Positions 8,863 to 17,314 of a stretch of 42,551 nucleotides of DNA are shown piece after piece (position 1 is the stretch's first letter; the number at the start of each line of letters is the position of its first letter). A model generated the notes under the pieces. That model saw only the letters and a program-made list of their open reading frames with translations, was not told where the DNA came from and did no database searches. Made by a program: the position numbers and the translations under genes. The DNA comes from a virus (taxonomy: Duplodnaviria; Caudoviricetes): the IMG/VR virus record IMGVR_UViG_3300029997_000111, positions 1 to 42,551 of that record; one strand, 5' to 3'.

Positions 8863-9101
8863 GCGATACCCAAACCTACATCCTTACCGACCCAACGGCG
8901 CTAGCTGCGAAGATCGAGGCTGCGGGCGGTCCTCAACTCGATCCCACCAAGCCCACGGGCACGGCAGAGGCAGACGGCGTAACCATTGGCTGGACGATTG
9001 CAGCTGGCAAGATCACCGTTACTCTGCTCCGTAAGCCTTGGTTGCTGGGTGACGGCGTTATTTGGGGCCATGTAAACAGACTCCTAGGAGACCCGTTATG
9101 A
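8859..9101 (+). CDS. Hypothetical protein in the lysis cassette
   Basis: GGAGG SD and ATGA overlap with the upstream gene. Confidence 0.6.
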   Translation: MSDTQTYILTDPTALAAKIEAAGGPQLDPTKPTGTAEADGVTIGWTIAAGKITVTLLRKPWLLGDGVIWGHVNRLLGDPL

Positions 9102-9400
9102 ACAAGTTGAACGTATTTTGGCAGAAGATTCCACCGCCCGTAAAGCAGTGGCTGAAAGGCCTAGAGGTCGCTGTGGTGACCGGCTGCATCTCAGCTATCG
9201 TGGCCGCGCCCTTCGCCGACTTTGGCACCAAGGCGGGCATCACCAAGTTTGCGCTAACAATCGTCGCAACAGCTGGCGGGTGCGTGCGCTTATACTTGGC
9301 TCAGTCGCCTATCCAGGCCGTCCTCAAAGAATCTGTAGAGGTCAAGCAGGAAACTCCGGCCGGGACCACAACGGTCTCCGCGGAGAAAATCTCTCAATAA
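9098..9400 (+). CDS. Putative two-TM holin
   Basis: AGGAG SD before ATG 9098. Two hydrophobic helices and a hydrophilic tail; lysis-cassette position. Confidence 0.55.
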   Translation: MNKLNVFWQKIPPPVKQWLKGLEVAVVTGCISAIVAAPFADFGTKAGITKFALTIVATAGGCVRLYLAQSPIQAVLKESVEVKQETPAGTTTVSAEKISQ

Positions 9401-9413
9401 GGAGCCTCACCCA

Positions 9414-9905
9414 ATGAAGCGCTACTTGCCCTCCGTCGTAATCGCTATCCTTTGCTCAACCCTCGCATTCAATACGATTGGCTGCAGCGGCCAACAGACC
9501 GCCGCCGAGCTAATCGCAACCGTTGGAACCGCTGTCGCCGCTCTGGAAACCCTTGAGGGCAACACCGCTAATGTCGCCAAGATTCAGGCGGACACCCAGG
9601 CTGCCGAGACCGCCATCGCCAACTGGAAGACGGGCACACCCGCGCAGGATGTTCTGCAGGTGCTGTCGATTCTTCAGTCGGACCTCAGCCTGTTGCCCAT
9701 CGGCGCGCAGGACCAAGCCCTAATCCAGCTTGCCCTTGGAACGGTGGAGCAGATCATCATGCTGTTTCCGACCTCGACTCCAGCAGTTTCCGCAGTGCGT
9801 CAAGTGCATCTGACGGTAACCGTCCACAACAAGGGTGATTTCCGTAAGCAGTGGAATTCGATCATCGCGGCAAACCCCGCATTGGCCGGCGCTGCAATCA
9901 AGTAG
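9414..9905 (+). CDS. Helical lipoprotein, possibly a spanin component
   Basis: Basic N-terminus, hydrophobic stretch and lipobox-like TIG|C. Ala/Gln/Leu-rich helical body. Confidence 0.55.
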   Translation: MKRYLPSVVIAILCSTLAFNTIGCSGQQTAAELIATVGTAVAALETLEGNTANVAKIQADTQAAETAIANWKTGTPAQDVLQVLSILQSDLSLLPIGAQDQALIQLALGTVEQIIMLFPTSTPAVSAVRQVHLTVTVHNKGDFRKQWNSIIAANPALAGAAIK

Positions 9906-10406
9906 ATGGCCGATCTAATTTGTCGGTTCATCAAGACGAAAGACCCCATCGCCGACGGTATCGCCTGGTGGACAAACTCAGAGTGGGACCATTTTGAGTT
10001 TGGGACGCCAGATGAGACCTGGCTGGGAGCTCGGGCGGAAGGTGGGGTGCAGGAACGTTTCGCGACGTACTGCACCCCCATCCGCGAGCGACGGTATGCT
10101 CGCACTGTGACCGACGAGCAGCTCTCCCTGATTATGTCCAGGGCGCGGGCGAAGGTGGGCACCAAATACGACTTCATGGACATCGCCGGCCTGTTGCTGC
10201 ACAATCGGTGGCTAAGCCTCCAGCCCACAGACAAAGAGATTTGCAGCATGTACGGGACCGAGATGCTGCTGAGCATCTACCAAGCCAGGGATCTCCTCAA
10301 CGTCCTCCCCAACTTCACGCCGCTCATCACCCCTGAGATGCTGCACCTTAGTCCTCTGTGGGTAGAGAGTGACCTTTGCAAGTGCATCTATTCGCTAGGA
10401 GTCTGA
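9906..10406 (+). CDS. Permuted papain-like NlpC/P60 amidase (YiiX/YebB-like)
   Basis: T.S.WDH near the N-terminus, G.KYDF, and ICS near the C-terminus: His before Cys, the permuted order. Confidence 0.7.
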   Translation: MADLICRFIKTKDPIADGIAWWTNSEWDHFEFGTPDETWLGARAEGGVQERFATYCTPIRERRYARTVTDEQLSLIMSRARAKVGTKYDFMDIAGLLLHNRWLSLQPTDKEICSMYGTEMLLSIYQARDLLNVLPNFTPLITPEMLHLSPLWVESDLCKCIYSLGV

Positions 10407-10409
10407 CCC

Positions 10410-11201
10410 ATGAGCCACATTCTCAATGTCCGCAAGGATACTTTTGATCCTCGCGACCACGTAGTAGCCCCCAACGCTCCCGCGTCTCCGCTGATCATCA
10501 GCTACCGCTCGCAGGTGCCATACATCAAGGATCAGGGACAATTGGGCAGCTGCACGGCCCACGCCGCAACGGAACACTTTGAGCGGGCCGTCCGCCAGAT
10601 GAAGTCTCAGGTACCCCTAAGCTATGCCCGAGCCACCATCCGCCTCTCTCCCCTCTTCCAGTACGCCCAGGAGCGCATCGCCGAAGGAACCTTTGCGGAG
10701 GACGCCGGCGCAGACTCCCGCACCATCTTTACCGTGCTGAGCTCGGTTGGGTGCTGTCTTGAGTCCTCAGATCCCTATGCCTCCACTAATCTGCTAAAGA
10801 TGCCCACCGCAGCACAAGTGGCAGAGGCGGCCAATTTCAAGTTTCAGGCCTACCATCGCATCATGGACGTCGCCACCGCAAAGACGGTCCTGCAATCGAA
10901 CTACACCTTTACTGTGGGAACCCCACTCTTCCAGCAATTCCAGAGCGACCAGGCCGCGGAGGACGGATTGATTGCCATGCCATCGGGTTCCTCGATCGGC
11001 GGCCACGAAATGCATGTTATAGGCTGCGATGATACAAAGCAGGTTCTCGGGCAAGTTGGGGCATTTGAGTGTCAGAATTCATGGGCGGACACGTGGGGAG
11101 ATAAGGGATTTGCGTGGATCCCCTACGCGTACTTTGAAGCGCTGCAAGATCAATGGGATTTTTGGCTCGGACACTATGGCCGTCAATGGCAGGCTCAGTA
11201 G
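10410..11201 (+). CDS. Papain-family (C1) cysteine peptidase
   Basis: DQGQLGSCTAHA (Gln/Cys), GGHEM (His) and QNSW..WGDKGF.W (Asn) motifs. Confidence 0.9.
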   Translation: MSHILNVRKDTFDPRDHVVAPNAPASPLIISYRSQVPYIKDQGQLGSCTAHAATEHFERAVRQMKSQVPLSYARATIRLSPLFQYAQERIAEGTFAEDAGADSRTIFTVLSSVGCCLESSDPYASTNLLKMPTAAQVAEAANFKFQAYHRIMDVATAKTVLQSNYTFTVGTPLFQQFQSDQAAEDGLIAMPSGSSIGGHEMHVIGCDDTKQVLGQVGAFECQNSWADTWGDKGFAWIPYAYFEALQDQWDFWLGHYGRQWQAQ

Positions 11202-12514
11202 GCGTTCCCGAACTCGCCCTGCACCGGGGTACCCTCGACCTCACCCCACCGCATGTATGCTCCGTTGAATTTCACTTGGCAGGTTCCGGTATCGCCTTCT
11301 CTCTGCTTGGCGATGATAATTTCGTCTGGTTCCTGGCTCTTGCGATCAAAGTAGATTGGCCGATGAAGGAACTGGACCATGTCGGCATCCTCTTCGATAT
11401 CTCCTGAGTCTTTGAGGCTGTCCATGTGGGGGCGTGCGTCGCCTTTGCCATCGTGCCGGCGAAGTTGGCAGAGCAGCACTACCGCAATGTCTATCTCCTG
11501 TGCGGTCTGCTTTAGGCTGTCAGTCTGCTCTCCGATGATTTCGTGCTTGGGCATCCCCTTGCGGTAAACGTCGGTACTCTTCAACTTTGATAGCTGGTCG
11601 ATAAAGGCTATGTCAAGACCTCCCCGGCGCTTCATGGAGCTGCACATGGCCCGGATGCGTGTGCAGGTCATCCTGGTGGAGTCGGTGATGTACAGCGGAG
11701 CGTCCATAATGCGAGACTGGGCGTCTTGCATCCCATGGCGCTGTTCGCGGGTAAGCGTGCCACCTTGGATATCTCGATAAGGCACGCTGGCGACGTTTGA
11801 AAGCATGCGGCGAATAAAGTCGTTCTTGTCCTGCTCGAGAGTAAAGATCGCCGTTGGACGCTTCAGCACTACTGCTGAATGATAGGCGTCGCAGATCATT
11901 CGAGCGGTTTTGCCCATGGAGGGTCTGGCCGCGAGGATACTCAACGCCTTGGGCTGGTAGCCCATAGTCATCTTGTCGAATTCCGTAATGCCCGTGTGGA
12001 TGCCCTGCACGGTCGCCATGCGCTCGTACATCTCATCGATGCTTCCGTAGGCGAAGAATACCTTGGAGACGTGCTCGAGCTCTTGGGTGACCCCTTCCGC
12101 GAGTAGGTTCTGCATTTGCTCGGCGATGGCGGGGATTATGGTCTCGGCGCTCTCTTCGTCTGCCGCGGCGACCATGCCGTCATTGAAGACGTTGGAGAGG
12201 CGCCGGCCCACACTCTTGGCCTTTACGATCTTCACATAGCTGTCGACGTTTGGTTTTGCGGGGATGCCCTCGGTGAGCATTGCTAAGTATGCGGGCCCGC
12301 CCACAGCATCAAGCTCTTTACGTTTCCCCAGCGTGTCCATCACCGTAACCAGGTCAACAGACTGATTATTGGCCAGCATGTCCCGCATGGCACGGTAGAT
12401 GCGCTGATGGCTATCTAGAAGGAAGTCCTCGGGAGCTAGGGTGGCAACGGCGTCCTTGACGGACGCCGCGTCCTGCATCATGCTCCCCAATACTGCTATT
12501 TCAACGTGGGACAT
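11195..12514 (-). CDS. dnaB: Replicative DNA helicase
   Basis: N-terminal E.AVLG...DF....HQ.IY domain, Walker A AARPSMGKT, FIDQL, LCQL.R, LKDSGDIEEDAD and IIAKQREG motifs. Confidence 0.95.
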   Translation of the reverse strand: MSHVEIAVLGSMMQDAASVKDAVATLAPEDFLLDSHQRIYRAMRDMLANNQSVDLVTVMDTLGKRKELDAVGGPAYLAMLTEGIPAKPNVDSYVKIVKAKSVGRRLSNVFNDGMVAAADEESAETIIPAIAEQMQNLLAEGVTQELEHVSKVFFAYGSIDEMYERMATVQGIHTGITEFDKMTMGYQPKALSILAARPSMGKTARMICDAYHSAVVLKRPTAIFTLEQDKNDFIRRMLSNVASVPYRDIQGGTLTREQRHGMQDAQSRIMDAPLYITDSTRMTCTRIRAMCSSMKRRGGLDIAFIDQLSKLKSTDVYRKGMPKHEIIGEQTDSLKQTAQEIDIAVVLLCQLRRHDGKGDARPHMDSLKDSGDIEEDADMVQFLHRPIYFDRKSQEPDEIIIAKQREGDTGTCQVKFNGAYMRWGEVEGTPVQGEFGNAY

Positions 12515-12523
12515 GGTGCCTTT

Positions 12524-13054
12524 CTACATCTTGAGCAGGTTCTTCTTCGCTCTACCTACATCGGCAGGCTTGTCTGGATCTGGGACGTGAATCTCAGCGG
12601 CAAGATCCTCGGGGCTGACGGCTTCGACCTCCCCACCTTTGCCGAAGAATGTTGTGGCATTCTGCATGGACTCTTCAGCGCTGAGGGTTGGCACATCGTC
12701 GACCAGCGGAAGCTCCGCCTGGCGCTCGGCTTCGGTAAGCGGGCGTACCTTGGCAACTTCGCCATTGTCGACGCGCCGGTAGGTCAATTCATTCGGGTTG
12801 GGCACGTCGTACTCAATGGCGCACTCGACGTTGCGCATCTCGAACTGGTTAGCGAGGTTGCGGGAGAGCTGGCCAATAGCCTGCTCTACGCTCGCTCGGC
12901 GTTCTTTGAATTGAGACTTTACGACAGCTTCCTCAGCGTCGATGTCCTCTTGGCGGTTATAGGCGGCCGCGAGTTCATCACCCATCTTCAGGCGTTCCTC
13001 GTGGGTAAAGTTGTGGCGGAGATATAGAGTTTCTTTGGTGAGTCGCTTTGCCAT
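12524..13054 (-). CDS. Hypothetical phage protein (coiled coil, acidic tail)
   Basis: Co-oriented and tightly packed in the leftward operon. Confidence 0.7.
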   Translation of the reverse strand: MAKRLTKETLYLRHNFTHEERLKMGDELAAAYNRQEDIDAEEAVVKSQFKERRASVEQAIGQLSRNLANQFEMRNVECAIEYDVPNPNELTYRRVDNGEVAKVRPLTEAERQAELPLVDDVPTLSAEESMQNATTFFGKGGEVEAVSPEDLAAEIHVPDPDKPADVGRAKKNLLKM

Positions 13055-13075
13055 GCTTGCCTTTCTGGTGCTGGA

Positions 13076-13615
13076 TTACCACTCATCTTCGAGCGGGAGT
13101 TCGGGCTCTGCTACTTCTGTCTGCACCAACTTCTTAGGTGCAAACCGAATCTTGTTGGTGACGCCGTGCGTGCGTAAACAGGCGTGCATGTAGGATCGGT
13201 CTCGTGGATCCTTCCACTCCTCTAAAGCCTGCATCAATGCGATGAAGAAATTATAGTTCAGAGAACCCTTGAGTCGATTGCAATCTTCACAAACTGCTCG
13301 AAGATTATCCAAGTCGTGCGAGCCGCCATGTGTAACGGGTACAACGTGGTCCCATACATAATTTGCGAGGGTGATCATGAACGCTGGGCGGCCAATGGCG
13401 CGGCAGTAAGGGCATGGGATAACGCCGGGACCAACCTGCTCAAGCGCGCGCTCCCATAGGTCCGCAGACGTAAAGGAAAGCTTCTCAATGCCAGGAACGC
13501 GAACCATACCCTTGCGCTTGCCTGACTTCCAGAGCTTTGTTTTGGCACGGCGCAAGATGTCATATCTTGCCTTCGTACACTTATCGCGCAAAGCTTGTTC
13601 ATTCATCAACATCAC
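13076..13615 (-). CDS. HNH endonuclease
   Basis: CPYC...DHVVP..GGSH..NL...C..CN..K motif. Confidence 0.9.
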   Translation of the reverse strand: MMLMNEQALRDKCTKARYDILRRAKTKLWKSGKRKGMVRVPGIEKLSFTSADLWERALEQVGPGVIPCPYCRAIGRPAFMITLANYVWDHVVPVTHGGSHDLDNLRAVCEDCNRLKGSLNYNFFIALMQALEEWKDPRDRSYMHACLRTHGVTNKIRFAPKKLVQTEVAEPELPLEDEW

Positions 13616-14136
13616 TGGGTCCTCGCAAACTCACCATGCATAGATATGGCAGCTTTGGCATATGCGGTGCTGGCGTGCTCCGGAGAGTCATAAAGTCCTA
13701 TGTGGATAGCGCGATTTTTACATCCGATACTGGCTCTCCATTTTCCGCTGGCCTTATGAAAATTGACTCCCTTGAAGCCGCTCTTGTTCCTCTTTGATAT
13801 TTTGCTATTCGCTAGATTTCCCGCAACAGTAGAAGATCGAAGATTAGCTCTCCTGTTATCTAAAGAATATTCAGCGTTCTTATGGTCGGCAATTTCCCAG
13901 TTGAGACCACGCGTTATGCGCTGGTGCAGATATTCGGTGAATTTGCAACCACTGGTCAAATTTCTTACTGCGTAGTAGTTTCTACCCTTCAGTGTTGCGT
14001 ACCACTGGTACGGCTGAATTGCAGATAGGTCTTCTAAATCGATCAACGCATATTTCCCTTGGGTCAAAGGGATATAAGCGATGGAAGGACCGATAGGGAC
14101 AATGGGAACTCGTTTCGGGGTAAACTGATTGGGCAT
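13612..14136 (-). CDS. HNH-AP2 domain homing endonuclease
   Basis: IPLTQGKYALID, DH.N...LDNRRANLR, SGFKGV, W.A.I and LG.YDSPE.A..AY..AA...HGEFA. Lower GC than the flanks. Confidence 0.9.
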   Translation of the reverse strand: MPNQFTPKRVPIVPIGPSIAYIPLTQGKYALIDLEDLSAIQPYQWYATLKGRNYYAVRNLTSGCKFTEYLHQRITRGLNWEIADHKNAEYSLDNRRANLRSSTVAGNLANSKISKRNKSGFKGVNFHKASGKWRASIGCKNRAIHIGLYDSPEHASTAYAKAAISMHGEFARTQ

Positions 14137-14140
14137 CGGT

Positions 14141-14205
14141 GGTTCCTCCAGAACCTTTGCGTCGGTAGGCGTTACAAGCGCGTATCGCGACGATGCTTAG
14201 ATTCT
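14141..14205 (-). promoter_or_regulatory. Structured leader with an SD-sequestering hairpin upstream of HNH-AP2
   Basis: Minus strand: TAGAAT -10-like hexamer, CGTCG...CGACG stem, then GGTTC-TGGAG-GAACC covering GGAGG. Confidence 0.45.
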
Positions 14206-14209
14206 ACTC

Positions 14210-14419
14210 TCATCCATCAACATCACGAGCCTCCAAGAAACTCTCCTGCTCTTCTGGTGCAACGCCATCTAGCCGAGGATTTTGGCAATCTCTGTGCATC
14301 ACTAGGGACCCTACAACGTGCCACCTGTGCCCTTTGCGTATCTTTCCATGGCACTGAGCGCAGAGCATCCCCGATGCATGAGGTAGTCTCTGCCCGCACT
14401 CGCTACAGTAGCTAGCCAT
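14210..14419 (-). CDS. Small Cys/His zinc-finger-like protein
   Basis: CSEC, CAQC and HxxC motifs; TAATG coupling. Confidence 0.6.
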   Translation of the reverse strand: MASYCSECGQRLPHASGMLCAQCHGKIRKGHRWHVVGSLVMHRDCQNPRLDGVAPEEQESFLEARDVDG

Positions 14420-14574
14420 TACTCCCGCTCTTTCTGAGTGTCCACCATCTCCCGATACGATGCCACCACGGCCAATTCCTCCCGCGTCAATGCCGGCACG
14501 CGGATAAACTCATCATCCGAGCGCAACGCCCTGGCTAAGTCCTCCAGCGCTTTGACTTGCTCTGGGAGGGTCAC
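14419..14574 (-). CDS. Small hypothetical protein (GTG start)
   Basis: GTGA overlap with the upstream gene and an AGGAG SD. Confidence 0.5.
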   Translation of the reverse strand: MTLPEQVKALEDLARALRSDDEFIRVPALTREELAVVASYREMVDTQKERE

Positions 14575-15005
14575 AGTGTCTCCTTGGGCTGCGGAGGGTC
14601 CACGCTGATTCCGTTCTCCTCCAGAAGTCTCAGCCTGCGCGTGGCCTCGGTCTTGAAGATTTTGGCGTCCTCCCACGCGGCTTTTACCTCGGCCTCCAAC
14701 TCCCTTACGCGGCCCTCTAGCGCCGAGACTTTCTTTTGCAGAATAAGAATCCCGCATGTGTCGCAGTGATAGTTCCCATCTGGCGAAGAAAATTCGGTCC
14801 CGCAATCTACGCATGTCTCAGGGGCTGGGGCTTGGGATGCCGCAGGAGCCTCCTTGGGTTCGTCGTCGGGGATAAAGAATTTCTGATGCTTCTCCCACGG
14901 CGCCCCAACGCACCAACGCCATCCTTCATGCATTGCTTTGAATTGGCCGCAGTTTCTGCATCCTGGCTGGGTGGGTAATTCGGCTGGCTGCTGTGGCTTA
15001 TTCAT
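14571..15005 (-). CDS. Hypothetical protein with Cys pairs and coiled coil
   Basis: CRNC, CVDC and CDTC motifs; overlaps its neighbours. Confidence 0.6.
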   Translation of the reverse strand: MNKPQQPAELPTQPGCRNCGQFKAMHEGWRWCVGAPWEKHQKFFIPDDEPKEAPAASQAPAPETCVDCGTEFSSPDGNYHCDTCGILILQKKVSALEGRVRELEAEVKAAWEDAKIFKTEATRRLRLLEENGISVDPPQPKETL

Positions 15006-15645
15006 GGTTGGCCTCTACGTTCAACTTCGGGCTACAGTCTGGGTGTTCTAGCGCCCACTTCATCATGCGAATTGTCCCATTTCTATCTGCCAGTTGGCCC
15101 TCTAGGTAGTCCATGTAGGATTGGCACGCATCATTGAAAGACTCTTGCCGGATAAAATGTCTTCCATCGGGCCGCTTAGGGGCAGGAGCTTGGGATGCCA
15201 CAGGAGCCGCCCTATATCCAGCATCATGTAATGCTTTCACCGCTCCAGACGCGGCAATCATCTCGCCAGGATTCTCAAGGTTGAACTTGAGCGGCTTCGG
15301 CTCCTCGCTCCCTGCTGCTGTTGGGGCTGCCTTCCAGTTCTTACACTCGGGAGTTTTCTTGTGCGGCCCTTCGAGTCTGTAATCGCACTCTCCAAGAATC
15401 TCCTGCGGCTCTGAGAGGCTAGCATCATCTTTTTGGAGCTTGGAATAAGCCGCCTCAATGGCACCCTCTCTCGTTGGCTCCCCGGCAGCTAAGAGCGTGT
15501 CTTCGGTCATCGCTATGTGGCTCCATGCTGACCAACGCTCATGGTAGCGCCCCGTTGTAATTACATTGAATTGCAGGAACACTTTACGCAACCGCGCTTC
15601 CATCTCTTCTACGCTCAATTCGCTCTGGTTCTCTTTGTTACTCAT
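14998..15645 (-). CDS. Hypothetical protein
   Basis: GGAG SD; overlaps its neighbours in the operon. Confidence 0.65.
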   Translation of the reverse strand: MSNKENQSELSVEEMEARLRKVFLQFNVITTGRYHERWSAWSHIAMTEDTLLAAGEPTREGAIEAAYSKLQKDDASLSEPQEILGECDYRLEGPHKKTPECKNWKAAPTAAGSEEPKPLKFNLENPGEMIAASGAVKALHDAGYRAAPVASQAPAPKRPDGRHFIRQESFNDACQSYMDYLEGQLADRNGTIRMMKWALEHPDCSPKLNVEANHE

Positions 15646-15847
15646 GGCTGCTCCGTTTCATTCTTTCTTCATCTCGCTTGATTGTTTCCGTGTAATCTGT
15701 CAGCCGCCCGCCCGGATAGAGGTGGTAAAACTTATCGTCCACCCAGCCGTACATATCTCGGTTTGCAGTGACGACTTGCGTGAGGAACTCATCTAAAGAG
15801 GCGAACCGTCCGGCCCTCTTTGAAGCCTCCAACCTAAATTCACTCAT
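15638..15847 (-). CDS. Hypothetical protein
   Basis: GAGG SD; operon packing. Confidence 0.55.
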   Translation of the reverse strand: MSEFRLEASKRAGRFASLDEFLTQVVTANRDMYGWVDDKFYHLYPGGRLTDYTETIKRDEERMKRSSHE

Positions 15848-15878
15848 GACTCAGTCCTCTTTCTGGATGGGGTGGGGC

Positions 15879-16196
15879 TCAAACTCTTACTTCCGGCAGG
15901 TTATTCCCTAGATCGCCAATGGTTCCGGGAACGTAAAGCCCCTTGTCAATAATGGCCGCGAGGATTGCTGCTACGTGGCTACCAGTCGCCCCACAATAGC
16001 CGCCGTATTCAGTGGGGACATTGATGTCCCACGTTTTGATTTCCGCCCAAATCGCGTTGAACATTGGGTCGTATTTCATCCACGGCGGGACGTCAGATAT
16101 GTAGTTGTATGAGGCCGGTTCCATCTTGTTTAGGCGTCTTATCTCTTCGGAGGCGTCACGCGCTTTCAATCTTCTCTCGTCAGATTCGGTCATCAT
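15879..16196 (-). CDS. Hypothetical protein
   Basis: AGGAG SD; operon packing. Confidence 0.6.
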   Translation of the reverse strand: MMTESDERRLKARDASEEIRRLNKMEPASYNYISDVPPWMKYDPMFNAIWAEIKTWDINVPTEYGGYCGATGSHVAAILAAIIDKGLYVPGTIGDLGNNLPEVRV

Positions 16197-16225
16197 CTCT
16201 CTCCTTCTGGTGCTGGGGTAAGGGG

Positions 16226-16525
16226 CTACTCAGGGCTTGCTACTGGTGAGGCGTTGGATTTGAACGCCCATTTATGTCCTCCGGTAGCTTTGTCGATGGC
16301 TCGGTTAACTCTTTGGGCAATTGCTTTCCCCTCTTCCGACCCTTGCCAACCATTTATGAACGGCTGGAGTTCGATTAATGCTTCCAGCATGTCAAACGCA
16401 GACCCTCGAACGCGATATATTCTTTGTTTTAGTTCCGTGGGCTGCTCTTTATTTGTTGATCCGCACTGCTCAGCCGCGCTAACGTCGAATTGTTTTACTG
16501 AGTCCGAATAAATTAATTGTTTCAT
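16226..16525 (-). CDS. Hypothetical protein
   Basis: AGGAG/GAGG SD; operon packing. Confidence 0.6.
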   Translation of the reverse strand: MKQLIYSDSVKQFDVSAAEQCGSTNKEQPTELKQRIYRVRGSAFDMLEALIELQPFINGWQGSEEGKAIAQRVNRAIDKATGGHKWAFKSNASPVASPE

Positions 16526-16546
16526 CTCAATCCTCTCCTTTTCTGG

Positions 16547-17050
16547 TTATACTGCCTTCCATATCAACAAACAGCATCCAAAAGGAGGCCTCTCGTTGGG
16601 GCCTATTCCTTTCTTTCCCACATTAACAAAGCGTGGTCTTCCGGGAAGAAATTCGGCGCAGAATCCCTCGTTCTGATCACGAAATGGTTCCACCATGGAC
16701 TGCCACCAGCGCTGCTCTGTTCTATTGGCAGGAAGTAGCATAACGATCAACTCACAGTTGGTGGATTGGCTCCAAGCCCTCTCGACCCATGCGGGTATAT
16801 TGCTATAGGGAGGGTTGCACCACACACGGCCATACCAGGAATACTCGAGGCCGCTGCACTCCCTAGTAAAGAAATCTGCAACCTTGTAGTTTTCGTGGGA
16901 TGACGCAACATCCAAGCTGAACCCCCCGAACCGTTTCGACAATTTGTCGAATAAAGCTGGGTCAGTGCCTCGGTCGTCGATGTGATCTTTGGCCCCAGTC
17001 TTTCTAACTTGCTGGGGATGATTATTCGATTTGTAGCCAATCAAGCTCAT
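16547..17050 (-). CDS. Phage DNA N6-adenine methyltransferase (phage Dam family)
   Basis: FSLDVAS, GL..SW.GRVWCNPPYS, VMLLPA.RT...WW and F..GR..F motifs. GGAGG SD before ATG 17050. Confidence 0.9.
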   Translation of the reverse strand: MSLIGYKSNNHPQQVRKTGAKDHIDDRGTDPALFDKLSKRFGGFSLDVASSHENYKVADFFTRECSGLEYSWYGRVWCNPPYSNIPAWVERAWSQSTNCELIVMLLPANRTEQRWWQSMVEPFRDQNEGFCAEFLPGRPRFVNVGKKGIGPNERPPFGCCLLIWKAV

Positions 17051-17096
17051 CTTCTCTCCTCCCAAGGGCGAACGCCCCTAATGCTTAGTTGTTGGT

Positions 17097-17264
17097 TCAG
17101 CGCGCTTCCATATCCGAATCTTCTATCCAGTCATCCGAACCATCTATGACACAATCACAATCTCCACACTCGGGGCACCCTCCGCATATTCGACACGGCG
17201 GACAACTCATATCCCAATCGTGACCACAATCCTCATACTCCTCGTCATCCAGATCGTCGCTCAT
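17097..17264 (-). CDS. 55-aa acidic Cys-rich micro-protein
   Basis: MSDDLDDEEYEDCGHDWDMSCPPCRICGGCPECGDCDC...; GAGG SD. Confidence 0.55.
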   Translation of the reverse strand: MSDDLDDEEYEDCGHDWDMSCPPCRICGGCPECGDCDCVIDGSDDWIEDSDMEAR

Positions 17265-17314
17265 AATCCTCTTTCCCTCTAGTGCTGTGATGGCAATACA
17301 TTGCGAAGCGCCGA

